54,850 nucleotides of DNA from a virus (lineage: Duplodnaviria > Heunggongvirae > Uroviricota > Caudoviricetes), in IMG/VR virus record IMGVR_UViG_3300042901_002340. One strand, given 5' to 3'. The notes beneath the pieces are model-generated. The model was given only the letters and a program-made list of their open reading frames with translations. It did no database searches and was not told where the DNA came from. This document shows positions 8,723-17,390 of the stretch, one piece after another; position 1 is the stretch's first letter; each line of letters starts with the position of its first letter. The position numbers and the translations under genes are program-made.

Positions 8723-8968
8723 TTATTTAATTTTTTCAAATCCGCATTCTCTTAAAAATCCCTGTCCCACCGGACTTCCCAACCATTGTACAGTGGAAAG
8801 AACAATCTGTTTTTCCCTGTCCGATAGATGGTCCAAAGGTCTAAATGAATTTGAACCATGTCCGAAAATAATTAGATCCATGTCCCTATCATTATTGATA
8901 AGGAATTTTTCATAGAATTCCTTCTCCTTTGGATTGCTCCCGTGGCGATGCATTTTGAATGTATCCAT
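8723..8968 (-). CDS. Hypothetical phage protein
   Basis: 81 aa; TVQWLGSPVGQGFL. Confidence 0.7.
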   Translation of the reverse strand: MDTFKMHRHGSNPKEKEFYEKFLINNDRDMDLIIFGHGSNSFRPLDHLSDREKQIVLSTVQWLGSPVGQGFLRECGFEKIK

Positions 8969-8993
8969 ATTAGTGATTTTTATTAGGGTAATC

Positions 8994-9863
8994 CTAGATG
9001 TGACAATCGTAAAGGGAAATTAATGTGTCTTCAGGAAGATCAACTAATAGATCAGCAACCTCGGCATTCCAATTGGACTGTTCCTTCTCACCGGAAACCA
9101 TTCCCCACCATCCCATATCACCTTTCTCGTACCAAGTCCCATCCTTGATTATTGCGAAAGGAGCAAATGCTGTATCACCTTGTCTTTTGCAATATTCCTC
9201 CCTGGTCGTTTTGAAATCCTCAAGACTGATAAAAGAATTTTTAAAATCATTCTTTAAGTTCCATTCCTTTAACCTTGTTTGTGCTATTTGTGAATTATAG
9301 AAATCCCTAGCTAAATCCCGATCCTTCGGAAACATAACTTCTCTAACGTGAGCCCAGTCATGCATTTCATTTAAGGAATCGCCGACTATCGACATGATCT
9401 CGTCATATTTTTCACCAGCTTCCTTTTCTGCAGATGCTCTCATGCCTTCAAAATCAATGTCGCATTTTCTAACTGCATCGGCATGTCCAGGTTCAGCGCC
9501 TCTGCTGAACAATCCAGCTTGACCTTCCATTCCTGTTGCTCCAGGTTTCAATTTAAAGAAACCTGCCCATCTGCCTCCTAGTTGGTACCAATCCCATTTT
9601 CTGTTTGGATTTTCCCAGTAGCCATATTTCCCAGTTTTATCGTCCTTTTTGAAACCGTGGTAATCATTAGCATAAGCATCAATATCATTATTGTACTGGT
9701 CTTTTGTTTCCTGATCCTCACCTTCCCATTCCTTTTGGATGTACTCTGTCTCATCGTTAAATTCCATGTATTCATCAGGGCAATTGCCCATATTGTTCTC
9801 CTGAAAAGGAGCTAATTGTTCCTCGGCATTATCGCCGAAAATCATACAAGTAAAATGACTCAT
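8994..9863 (-). CDS. Hypothetical phage protein
   Basis: 289 aa; Trp-rich motifs KWDWYQLGGRW and WYEKGDMGWWG; ends DCHI. Confidence 0.8.
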   Translation of the reverse strand: MSHFTCMIFGDNAEEQLAPFQENNMGNCPDEYMEFNDETEYIQKEWEGEDQETKDQYNNDIDAYANDYHGFKKDDKTGKYGYWENPNRKWDWYQLGGRWAGFFKLKPGATGMEGQAGLFSRGAEPGHADAVRKCDIDFEGMRASAEKEAGEKYDEIMSIVGDSLNEMHDWAHVREVMFPKDRDLARDFYNSQIAQTRLKEWNLKNDFKNSFISLEDFKTTREEYCKRQGDTAFAPFAIIKDGTWYEKGDMGWWGMVSGEKEQSNWNAEVADLLVDLPEDTLISLYDCHI

Positions 9864-10258
9864 TATTTTCTATATTTAATATCACCTGAACCGGTTCTAA
9901 CTGATCCAGTGATGGTTGTTGCTTTTACGTCCCCTGATCCTGTTTGCACGTCTCCAGTGATTGATTCGCATTCAATATCACCAGAACCTGTTTGTGCTCC
10001 GTTTGTGATGTTAGCACAGTTGATGTCTCCACTGCCGGTTCTTGCCTTGTTGACATTTCCACCAATCTCTATCTTATCACAATAATCCACGTCCAAGGAA
10101 TCCAAATCTCCAGAAACCGAGATTGTGACGTTCTTTGCATCCTTGTGATCTGCTGTCACATCCTTACCGTCGATAATAATCTTATTTCCGCTGATGCTAA
10201 TGCTTCTGCCGGAGTAGTTCATGTTGTTGATGTTTATCATGCCTCTTGTTTTTTCCAC
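9863..10258 (-). CDS. Beta-solenoid repeat protein (DUF4097-like TGSGD repeats)
   Basis: Four TGSGD(I/V) repeats with about 16 aa period. Confidence 0.7.
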   Translation of the reverse strand: MEKTRGMININNMNYSGRSISISGNKIIIDGKDVTADHKDAKNVTISVSGDLDSLDVDYCDKIEIGGNVNKARTGSGDINCANITNGAQTGSGDIECESITGDVQTGSGDVKATTITGSVRTGSGDIKYRK

Positions 10259-10614
10259 TTTATATTTTCGCTTATTCTCTCAGCTAGATTATCTAATTTT
10301 TCTTTGCTAGCAATAATCTCGGATTCCACTTTGCTATACTCCTTCATTTGTTTTTCCAAAATTTCGCTATACTTAAGATCAATCTGATCCTCGTCAAGAT
10401 ATTTGTCATCGGTAAGTGATATTTGGTGTGGCGTAAAATTTCCAGATTTTATTCTCGCCTTGATACGTTCTGTTATCTCATCCTCGGTTGGATCAAAAAG
10501 AATATCAGAGTGGTTCTCTACATAATCACTACTTGAGGTATAATCATCATAAATTTTATATGACCATCTCTTTTCCTCACCAGTTATCATATTTATTTCG
10601 ATGTCCATCTTCAA
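10237..10614 (-). CDS. Hypothetical protein with C-terminal coiled coil
   Basis: 125 aa ORF. Confidence 0.65.
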   Translation of the reverse strand: MKMDIEINMITGEEKRWSYKIYDDYTSSSDYVENHSDILFDPTEDEITERIKARIKSGNFTPHQISLTDDKYLDEDQIDLKYSEILEKQMKEYSKVESEIIASKEKLDNLAERISENIKWKKQEA

Positions 10615-10650
10615 TCCTCTAGCGCCACCATTTCTTCGTGTTGGTATTAT

Positions 10651-11025
10651 TCAATCTTTTGTAAACACCACCATCTCCTTACAGGTCAGAAATTGACTTC
10701 TGTCGATTATCATCCTGTTCAGGTCGTTTCTTTTTTTCTCATTTACAGTTAATTCAGTCTTTATATCGGACAGCTCTTTTCTTTTTTCTGTGATCTCCTT
10801 GTTGATATCAACTAATTTTTGTTTGCTGAATTCAACTTCTTTAGCATAAACTGGTTGAACAGATCCAAAGATTTCATTGACCACTATTTGCTTTCCAGAA
10901 AGATCCTCAAATTCTTCGCCCTCGTATCCAGTGTAGTACATATAAGATTCCACCAGGAATCTGTTATCACTTATTTTTTCAATAAGTCTTACCTTTTCAC
11001 CGCTTTTAAGATAGAAGTCCTGCAT
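10651..11025 (-). CDS. Hypothetical coiled-coil protein
   Basis: 124 aa; first gene after the 11043 promoter. Confidence 0.7.
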   Translation of the reverse strand: MQDFYLKSGEKVRLIEKISDNRFLVESYMYYTGYEGEEFEDLSGKQIVVNEIFGSVQPVYAKEVEFSKQKLVDINKEITEKRKELSDIKTELTVNEKKRNDLNRMIIDRSQFLTCKEMVVFTKD

Positions 11026-11042
11026 GGTTTTATTTTATTATG

Positions 11043-11075
11043 CAAATATAAATGAAAGATTCGAAATAAAAAAAT
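11043..11075 (-). promoter_or_regulatory. Bacteroidota-type promoter (TAnnTTTG) with conserved CG element
   Basis: caaatata 11043-11050, 11-nt spacer, cg 11062-11063, A-tract. Confidence 0.75.
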
Positions 11076-11081
11076 AAAATC

Positions 11082-11567
11082 CTAATTAATTCGATATGCC
11101 ACAGGTGAAACCTCATATCTGTAGCCCCAATCCTTTTTCAATTCGACATTTTCAAACACACCATTGAATTCTATATTCTTAACCGTCCCGTTTGAATAGA
11201 CAACTTTAAGTGGACCGTTTTCCGGGATCATCTTTAAATCAAAGCACCAATTTTCACGGCTGTCTAGGATGGTTGTTAGAATGTAGATTTTAACCTTTGC
11301 TTCCGATGCTCTGTTACCATCTCTGTTAACATAACCATCATTTCCATAGTCGTCATCAATAACTAAATCCTTTACATCCTGACCCCAAATGTGATATTCA
11401 GTTTTACGATCCGGACCATATACAACCATGTGCATACCCTTACCCTTTACATGCTTTTGTCTTCCGAAAAGCCAAACACCCTCACCTATATGAACTTCTT
11501 TAAGTCCTCTGTTTAAAGCTCTATTAATATACCCTCTAAGCTGGGTTAATTTTTCAAATTTTCTCAT
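11082..11567 (-). CDS. Hypothetical protein
   Basis: 161 aa ORF. Confidence 0.7.
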   Translation of the reverse strand: MRKFEKLTQLRGYINRALNRGLKEVHIGEGVWLFGRQKHVKGKGMHMVVYGPDRKTEYHIWGQDVKDLVIDDDYGNDGYVNRDGNRASEAKVKIYILTTILDSRENWCFDLKMIPENGPLKVVYSNGTVKNIEFNGVFENVELKKDWGYRYEVSPVAYRIN

Positions 11568-11943
11568 TGTTTATAAATTTTAATCCCTCTTCCAATCCTT
11601 TTTCTAATGCTTCCTCGTAAGATTTAAAATCTATATGATTAGAATAATTTGGAAACTTCAATTGCGCAATTGGAAAGTCCCTTACCTGGATATCGTTCCA
11701 GTTTGAAATCCTAACTATCCATCTAGTTTCATCCCGATAATGAACCTCACTATCCCTGACCACCTCAACATCTATGTTGTGGATTTCTCTAAGCCATTTC
11801 TGGAGTAGCGATTGTGTTGCGGGTAATTCTTCAAATAAAGTTTTACCCGACATTGGGTTATAATAGGTTTCTTTTTTATTTGGTATGAACCCCTTCTCCT
11901 TAGCTAGATTGCCGGTTTCTAGCTTTATTTTTGTTTCTTCCAT
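11554..11943 (-). CDS. Paralog array member 7 (LAKEKGF subtype)
   Basis: LETGNLAKEKGF...TQSLLQKWLREIHNI...YEEALEKGL. Confidence 0.8.
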   Translation of the reverse strand: MEETKIKLETGNLAKEKGFIPNKKETYYNPMSGKTLFEELPATQSLLQKWLREIHNIDVEVVRDSEVHYRDETRWIVRISNWNDIQVRDFPIAQLKFPNYSNHIDFKSYEEALEKGLEEGLKFINNEKI

Positions 11944-12530
11944 TATTCAATAAATTTTCTAACAATCGGTTTATCCCTATCAGTTTCCCATATAACTTCA
12001 TAAGTACCATGGTCGGTGTGATAAGTTTCTTGATATTTTCCATCCGCAGTGTCACCATTTTGATCTGGTAAAATCGATCTCATCGATAATAGAAAGTCTT
12101 CCCTTTCCATTGGATTTACTAGTACTCTCCAGGATGATGTGTCAAGATCCTTCTTTTCATTGAATATCTGAATTATTCTTTTCAGACAAACCAAATCCTC
12201 CAGACGTTTGTCCCAATTTGGTAATCCCCTATTTGGTGTTGCCAATCCAAGATCATAAACCACTTTGAATTCCTCTTGCCTTATCTCCTTGATGGAGCTC
12301 ATATATCCTATACCGTCACCCCATAATGTTGTTTCAGCAAATAGACCATAATTATCTAGAAACCAATTAAAAGCTTGTTGGTATAGGGGTGCTAACAATA
12401 AACCTTGATGAACCGTCATTTTACCTTCATAGAAAGATCCATCCTTGGAGTACCATCCCAAGCAATCTTTTTCAAAGCCTAATTCTTTTAAACTTAATGC
12501 CTGTTCGTAAGGTATAAATTCTTTATGCAT
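11943..12530 (-). CDS. Paralog array member 6 (LKELGF subtype) with extra C-terminal domain
   Basis: MHKEFIPYEQALSLKELGF...APLYQQAFNWF. Confidence 0.8.
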   Translation of the reverse strand: MHKEFIPYEQALSLKELGFEKDCLGWYSKDGSFYEGKMTVHQGLLLAPLYQQAFNWFLDNYGLFAETTLWGDGIGYMSSIKEIRQEEFKVVYDLGLATPNRGLPNWDKRLEDLVCLKRIIQIFNEKKDLDTSSWRVLVNPMEREDFLLSMRSILPDQNGDTADGKYQETYHTDHGTYEVIWETDRDKPIVRKFIE

Positions 12531-12531
12531 C

Positions 12532-12612
12532 TTATCTAGATTTTAAATATAGCATTATAAAAGCTAATATAAATGTAAAAATAGCAGCTATTACATATTG
12601 TTTTTTATCCAT
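12532..12612 (-). CDS. 26-aa single-TM micropeptide inside the paralog array
   Basis: MDKKQYVIAAIFTFILAFIMLYLKSR; fills the only sizeable gap in the array; start overlaps the upstream gene end and the stop lies 1 nt before the next ATG. Confidence 0.55.
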   Translation of the reverse strand: MDKKQYVIAAIFTFILAFIMLYLKSR

Positions 12613-12997
12613 TATATCCTTCTTTTACAATTTCTATTAGTTTCTTTAAACATTCAAGTTCTGCTTCTTCTGTAGAATTATAGGTTCCGTCATTCCATAA
12701 AATATCTCCATTGCTAGAATTTCTGACAATTCCTTCCCAACCATACCCTTTATGTATTTGATTATAAAAATTATACTTCTCTCTAAACCATCTAAATGCT
12801 TGTTGGTAAGTTGGCGATACACATATATTTCCAACTAATTCTAAATGCTGAAGTCCTAAACTATCCATAATATCTTTAGTAATACCAAAATCTTTGATAA
12901 ACTTACCTTTAATATTAAAGAACCCAAAACAAGGTTCATCAAATCCTAATTCTTTAAGTTCAACCGCCAAGGTATAAGGTATAAATTCTTTATGCAT
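12605..12997 (-). CDS. Paralog array member 5 (LKELGF subtype)
   Basis: MHKEFIPY...LKELGFDEPC...PTYQQAFRWFREKY...EEAELECLKKLIEIVK. Confidence 0.8.
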   Translation of the reverse strand: MHKEFIPYTLAVELKELGFDEPCFGFFNIKGKFIKDFGITKDIMDSLGLQHLELVGNICVSPTYQQAFRWFREKYNFYNQIHKGYGWEGIVRNSSNGDILWNDGTYNSTEEAELECLKKLIEIVKEGYNG

Positions 12998-12998
12998 C

Positions 12999-13409
12999 TT
13001 ATTTGTTTAAAATAATAAAATTTGTTATTACTCTTAAAGTTTCTTCATCAGATTCATAGGTTGTAGATAATTCCTTATCATCCATTACAAAACCTTCATA
13101 TGTAAAATCTAAGAAAAATCTAGTCCTAAATTTTCTATCTAATTTGGAATTATTTTCAATAATACCCAGCACAAACTTAAATGCTTGTTGATATAGTGGT
13201 GCTGAAATCCATTTAGATTCTTCAGTATATTCACTATTGATAGGTATAACATTGCTCGACATTTCAACTTTGGTATGATAATCTAAATCATACTCAAAAG
13301 GTTTTTTACTACCAACAGCATGTGTTCGGTATGTTGCAAAACATTGCTCGTTAAATCCAAGTTCTTTTAAATCTAATGCTAGCTCATATGGTACAAATTC
13401 CTTATGCAT
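12999..13409 (-). CDS. Paralog array member 4 (LKELGF subtype)
   Basis: MHKEFVPYELALDLKELGFNEQC...APLYQQAF. Confidence 0.8.
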   Translation of the reverse strand: MHKEFVPYELALDLKELGFNEQCFATYRTHAVGSKKPFEYDLDYHTKVEMSSNVIPINSEYTEESKWISAPLYQQAFKFVLGIIENNSKLDRKFRTRFFLDFTYEGFVMDDKELSTTYESDEETLRVITNFIILNK

Positions 13410-13801
13410 TATTTCTTTTCTTTTACAATTTCTATTAATTTTTTAAGACATTCAAGTTCTGCTTCTTCGTAAGTTCCATATTCTTTGAAATCCATAATAG
13501 CTTTATGTGGATAGATATAATCAATCATAACCATATATACTCTATCTATATCACCATTACTAATGAGTGTAATAGTAGAATGTAGATTATACTTCTCCCT
13601 AAACCATCTAAATGCTTGTGAGAACGTTGGAGCTTTACAACTTGATGAATCATAAGGAAACAAATCAATCCATTCTGTTATTATTTCTAAATAAACACCT
13701 AATGCTGAGTTCTTACATAAATGATATCCTAAACAAGGTTCATCAAATCCTAATTCTTCTAAATCAAGGCTTGGCTGATGAGGTACAAATTCTTTATCCA
13801 T
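13409..13801 (-). CDS. Paralog array member 3 (LKELGF subtype)
   Basis: MDKEFVP...LEELGFDEPC...APTFSQAFRWFREKY...YEEAELECLKKLIEIVK. Confidence 0.8.
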   Translation of the reverse strand: MDKEFVPHQPSLDLEELGFDEPCLGYHLCKNSALGVYLEIITEWIDLFPYDSSSCKAPTFSQAFRWFREKYNLHSTITLISNGDIDRVYMVMIDYIYPHKAIMDFKEYGTYEEAELECLKKLIEIVKEKK

Positions 13802-14217
13802 TACTTCTCACATTTTACAATTTCTATTAATTTAAGTGCTTCGTGTAGACCTGCTTCTAAAACATCTTCATATTTTGTACTAGTTTTTATTCTGTGTTCG
13901 TGATAATTCATTTTACCACTTTTGTCAATATAATCAATTGTTATATCATAAAAAGGGGTTTCTTCGTTATATTGTTGATAATACGATAGGTTTAAATGAA
14001 TATTATGAACCTCTCTTAACCATTTTTGAAGAAATGCTTGATGTGGTGCATAACATTCAGGTTTGTTAATATCTTTGCAATCATTTGCTCTAATAGACAT
14101 AGGGTGGCATAATGATATACTTCCATCAAATTGATAAAAAGTATCAATACTATGAATAAGAAAACCTTTTTCTTTTGCTAGCTTTGCTGTTTCAAATGTT
14201 ATTAATTGTTCTTGCAT
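13801..14217 (-). CDS. Paralog array member 2 (LAKEKGF subtype)
   Basis: ITFETAKLAKEKGF...APHQAFLQKWLREVHNI...YEDVLEAGL. Confidence 0.8.
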   Translation of the reverse strand: MQEQLITFETAKLAKEKGFLIHSIDTFYQFDGSISLCHPMSIRANDCKDINKPECYAPHQAFLQKWLREVHNIHLNLSYYQQYNEETPFYDITIDYIDKSGKMNYHEHRIKTSTKYEDVLEAGLHEALKLIEIVKCEK

Positions 14218-14543
14218 AATTCTATTAATTTTTTAAGACATTCAAGTTCTGCTTCTTCGTATGAGTCTGCTTCATCTATATAAGATTGACTTTTTTTAGT
14301 ATCTAAAGCAATATAACCATCATTAGTTAAACTAATATTAAATCCATACTTCTCTCTAAACCAAGAAAATGCTTGTTGATAAAGTGGTGCTGTCGGCATT
14401 CCAAATCCTTGTGAATTTTTATATCCTATCTCAGAACAAACACATAACTTTTCCTTAGTATGATACGCCCTAATACAAGGTTCATCAAATCCTAATTCTT
14501 TTAAAACCAATGCTTGTTCGTAAGGTACAAATTCTTTATTCAT
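14202..14543 (-). CDS. Paralog array member 1 (LKELGF subtype)
   Basis: MNKEFVPYEQALVLKELGFDEPC...APLYQQAFSWFREKY...YEEAELECLKKLIE. Confidence 0.8.
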   Translation of the reverse strand: MNKEFVPYEQALVLKELGFDEPCIRAYHTKEKLCVCSEIGYKNSQGFGMPTAPLYQQAFSWFREKYGFNISLTNDGYIALDTKKSQSYIDEADSYEEAELECLKKLIELCKNN

Positions 14544-15021
14544 GATGTTCTATATTTTGAAATTCAACTTTATCCACAAACAGAGGATATTTTTTAAGAT
14601 CGTCAGAGAATGCAACACAAAGCCTATCTATTATCTCTCTGTTCTCATGGAAGTTTCCATCGTGATAATGATATGTTCCAAGAGGTGTGAATATTTTAAA
14701 TACCCTCTCCGCAGGAACTATATTATAAACTTCACCATCTGCTTTTCTAAGAAGATATATTGCAAGATTTAATGAAAGATCATGTCCAATCTGTTTATAG
14801 TTTTTTGCTGCTTTATTCGCTACCATTTGACCCTCTTCGTTTCTTGTTATGAAATAAAGATGACCATACTTTGCGTCCTTGAAACAATCCCTACCCTCGT
14901 AATAAACCTCGCCCTCATAAAGATACATTGGTGTACCATTATTAAGACTAGCCCATATATGTCCACCTGATGCATATAGAATGTTACAAAATCTTTCGAA
15001 ATCTTTACTCATTGTTTTCAT
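14536..15021 (-). CDS. Hypothetical protein
   Basis: 161 aa ORF. Confidence 0.7.
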   Translation of the reverse strand: MKTMSKDFERFCNILYASGGHIWASLNNGTPMYLYEGEVYYEGRDCFKDAKYGHLYFITRNEEGQMVANKAAKNYKQIGHDLSLNLAIYLLRKADGEVYNIVPAERVFKIFTPLGTYHYHDGNFHENREIIDRLCVAFSDDLKKYPLFVDKVEFQNIEHHE

Positions 15022-15391
15022 CTGAATCGTTCATATAGTCACCAAATTTTTCTCTCATCTCCTCATCCACTCTCCGATGGATCTCCTCGATATCCTTCTT
15101 GTACTGTTCCGGCGTTTTATTTGGATCGTGGAATGTTCCATCATTAAACATGAATTTTCCATCAACCAAAGGATGTGAGCCTATCTTTTCCAACTTGTGG
15201 GGGTCATCCTCAAGAATCATATCTTTATTTAATGACTTCATAAAACCATTCGTTACTCGGTCATGTAAGCCATGATGCGCATAACCGCAGCAGGTAATGG
15301 TATTGCACATAACCTTGTCGGATATCTTGGAAACCCAGGCACTACAATAGGTTGGTTTCTCTTCGATTTTTGGTGTTTTTAATTCAATCAT
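15005..15391 (-). CDS. Hypothetical protein
   Basis: Likely start MIELKTPK at 15391; CCGYAHH motif. Confidence 0.65.
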   Translation of the reverse strand: MIELKTPKIEEKPTYCSAWVSKISDKVMCNTITCCGYAHHGLHDRVTNGFMKSLNKDMILEDDPHKLEKIGSHPLVDGKFMFNDGTFHDPNKTPEQYKKDIEEIHRRVDEEMREKFGDYMNDSDENNE

Positions 15392-15392
15392 T

Positions 15393-15557
15393 TTATTCAA
15401 AATATGATAGTTCGGTGTTATAAAGCTCACATATTCTTTCTTTTGTTAGAATATGTAGAAATGATACAGAAAGACAGTGAATACCATTACCTTCTATGAG
15501 CCATTTAAGTATCTTGGCTTTCTCGTCCAGTTGATCTAAGCAATCTTGTACTGTCAT
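15393..15557 (-). CDS. Small hypothetical protein (54 aa), below track cutoff
   Basis: MTVQDCLDQLDEKAKILKWLIEG...; ATGA overlap with upstream stop. Confidence 0.55.
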   Translation of the reverse strand: MTVQDCLDQLDEKAKILKWLIEGNGIHCLSVSFLHILTKERICELYNTELSYFE

Positions 15558-15940
15558 TTCCATATAGATTCCAGATTATCCAATAAATTGGTTTTTATAA
15601 TATTTGAGAGATGTGGATTTCTGCGTATCATTCTCTCCATGTTCTCCCTGGTGTATTTATCGGGTCCATTTTTGATCTGTCTAGCAAACCAGCCATCTAT
15701 ACCGGATATGCCATAAGGTGTATAGAAAGATGTAATGAGTCTATTACCAACCTTCAGATTCTTAACTGAATGATCGCAGTATGCTAATTCCATCTCTTCG
15801 CTATTCTCCTTTGTGATCTTCGGATATTTTTTCTTGAATGTATCGGGATAGCTCCTACCATACATTTCACACTCCAGTGAGTGTTCCATGTCAATGATTT
15901 CCTCTCTGGTCATCTCGGATCCATCCCTAAATTTGCTCAT
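15554..15940 (-). CDS. Hypothetical protein
   Basis: 128 aa ORF. Confidence 0.7.
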   Translation of the reverse strand: MSKFRDGSEMTREEIIDMEHSLECEMYGRSYPDTFKKKYPKITKENSEEMELAYCDHSVKNLKVGNRLITSFYTPYGISGIDGWFARQIKNGPDKYTRENMERMIRRNPHLSNIIKTNLLDNLESIWK

Positions 15941-15945
15941 GATTT

Positions 15946-16932
15946 CTAATTTAAAATTTCAACTTGCAAAGCTGGATCCTCAGCTTCAAGTCCCCATTTG
16001 GATAAAACCTGAATACCTCCTTTTACATAACGGAATACAATTGGATCCTTGATGATCCGAACAGTTTTAGCATGATAGTAGCCCTTCTTTTTATCAAAAG
16101 TTAAACCACTCAGATCAAAGTGTTCTTTTGGAGCAGCAATGAATAGACCTGTTCTGTCATATGTTGTCTCTACTGCATCTGCAATAAAACCCTTACGAAT
16201 TACTGGATTGGATATCTTACCTCTTTCTGCAAGATACCCATAATACCAAAAGGTATCGGATAATCTGTGATGATTAAGTCCTCCGAAATACTCCATGTGA
16301 ATTTGTTTTAGCTGTTCCTCATTAAAAGTATCTCCACCAAACAGCTTAACTAATTCATTAAAATCTTTACTGCTGGATTCATACTTATTTTGAAACTGAT
16401 ATGTAACAATATTTTTTTGTTCATCTGACGGATTCAGTCTTTGCGCATTTTCAATCTCTTGTAGATTCTTTTCTGGGACAGGCATTTTATAATGTTTCAC
16501 TGGCGCATAAACCAATCCGTACTTGTCACATATTCGGTCAAGTTCAGATTCAGGGAGAAACTTCAAGAATGGATATGTGCTTGTGTAGTACTTGACTCTG
16601 TGTGCCATCTCTGCATTCATATCAATAAGACCTTCCGACTTTTTGATCTCCCTTTCGGTGTGGGTAAGATTATGAACAAGTGCATTCTTTTCAAACCCCA
16701 AGGTTTTAAGTCTTAATGCCTTCTCCACTATCTTGCTCTGTAGTTCCACCTTAACGTCGGACTCCTTATTAATAATCTCCAATGCTTGATCCAGAATACG
16801 CTGCGGTGCTGTATCAAATTCATTATGGATTTCATCAATCAATTTTTGATCCTCTGAAATGTCTGGGATCCCATACACGTCTGATTTTGTCGAGTGCTTT
16901 TTATTGAAAGCCGTGAGTAGTTTACTTATCAT
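15946..16932 (-). CDS. Hypothetical phage protein
   Basis: 328 aa; ends DPIVFRYVKGGIQVLSKWGLEA. Confidence 0.8.
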   Translation of the reverse strand: MISKLLTAFNKKHSTKSDVYGIPDISEDQKLIDEIHNEFDTAPQRILDQALEIINKESDVKVELQSKIVEKALRLKTLGFEKNALVHNLTHTEREIKKSEGLIDMNAEMAHRVKYYTSTYPFLKFLPESELDRICDKYGLVYAPVKHYKMPVPEKNLQEIENAQRLNPSDEQKNIVTYQFQNKYESSSKDFNELVKLFGGDTFNEEQLKQIHMEYFGGLNHHRLSDTFWYYGYLAERGKISNPVIRKGFIADAVETTYDRTGLFIAAPKEHFDLSGLTFDKKKGYYHAKTVRIIKDPIVFRYVKGGIQVLSKWGLEAEDPALQVEILN

Positions 16933-16933
16933 A

Positions 16934-17299
16934 TTAATCGTTTATTTTTATTAAATTAACACCCTGAAGATTATCAGCAACCCACCATTCCATACTATTA
17001 ATAGATTCAAACGATTTGTTGATTTTTTCGCCACTGGACATCGTGATTATTAAGTGTGGATTGTAATAAAGGCCTCCTTTAGGAACTGGCTCGTATAGTC
17101 CATCCTTCTCCCATTCCTCTTTTGTTTTGTATGTTGGTAGGAAGAAAGCATAATAACCTGCATCCCACTCATTGACCTTCATTAGTCCAAATAAAAATGT
17201 ATCCTTTCCTGCTTCTGTCCACTCATCATAATAATTACATCTTAATTTATTATGTTGAGTAACACTAGATATTTGATCTTTGTTTATTTTTAGACTCAT
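16934..17299 (-). CDS. Hypothetical protein
   Basis: 121 aa; first gene after the 17320 promoter. Confidence 0.7.
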   Translation of the reverse strand: MSLKINKDQISSVTQHNKLRCNYYDEWTEAGKDTFLFGLMKVNEWDAGYYAFFLPTYKTKEEWEKDGLYEPVPKGGLYYNPHLIITMSSGEKINKSFESINSMEWWVADNLQGVNLIKIND

Positions 17300-17319
17300 G
17301 CTTTTTATATTTTATGATG

Positions 17320-17351
17320 CAAATATAATAAAAATCCTCGAAAATAAAAAA
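17320..17351 (-). promoter_or_regulatory. Bacteroidota-type promoter (TAnnTTTG) with conserved CG element
   Basis: caaatata 17320-17327, 11-nt spacer, cg 17339-17340, A-tract. Confidence 0.75.
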
Positions 17352-17367
17352 TATTTCCGAGGATTTT
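17331..17367. terminator. Inverted repeat overlapping the promoter (possible terminator or operator)
   Basis: aaaatcctcg (17331-17340) ... cgaggatttt (17358-17367). Confidence 0.5.
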
Positions 17368-17390
17368 TCGCAAAATAAAAACAATTAATA

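Noticed and set aside
11554-14543. Repeated 20-30 nt DNA blocks considered as a CRISPR array or DGR template/variable repeats
   Set aside because: The repeats are in-frame parts of paralogous coding genes spaced hundreds of nt apart; no cas or reverse transcriptase gene and no adenine-specific mismatch pattern was evident
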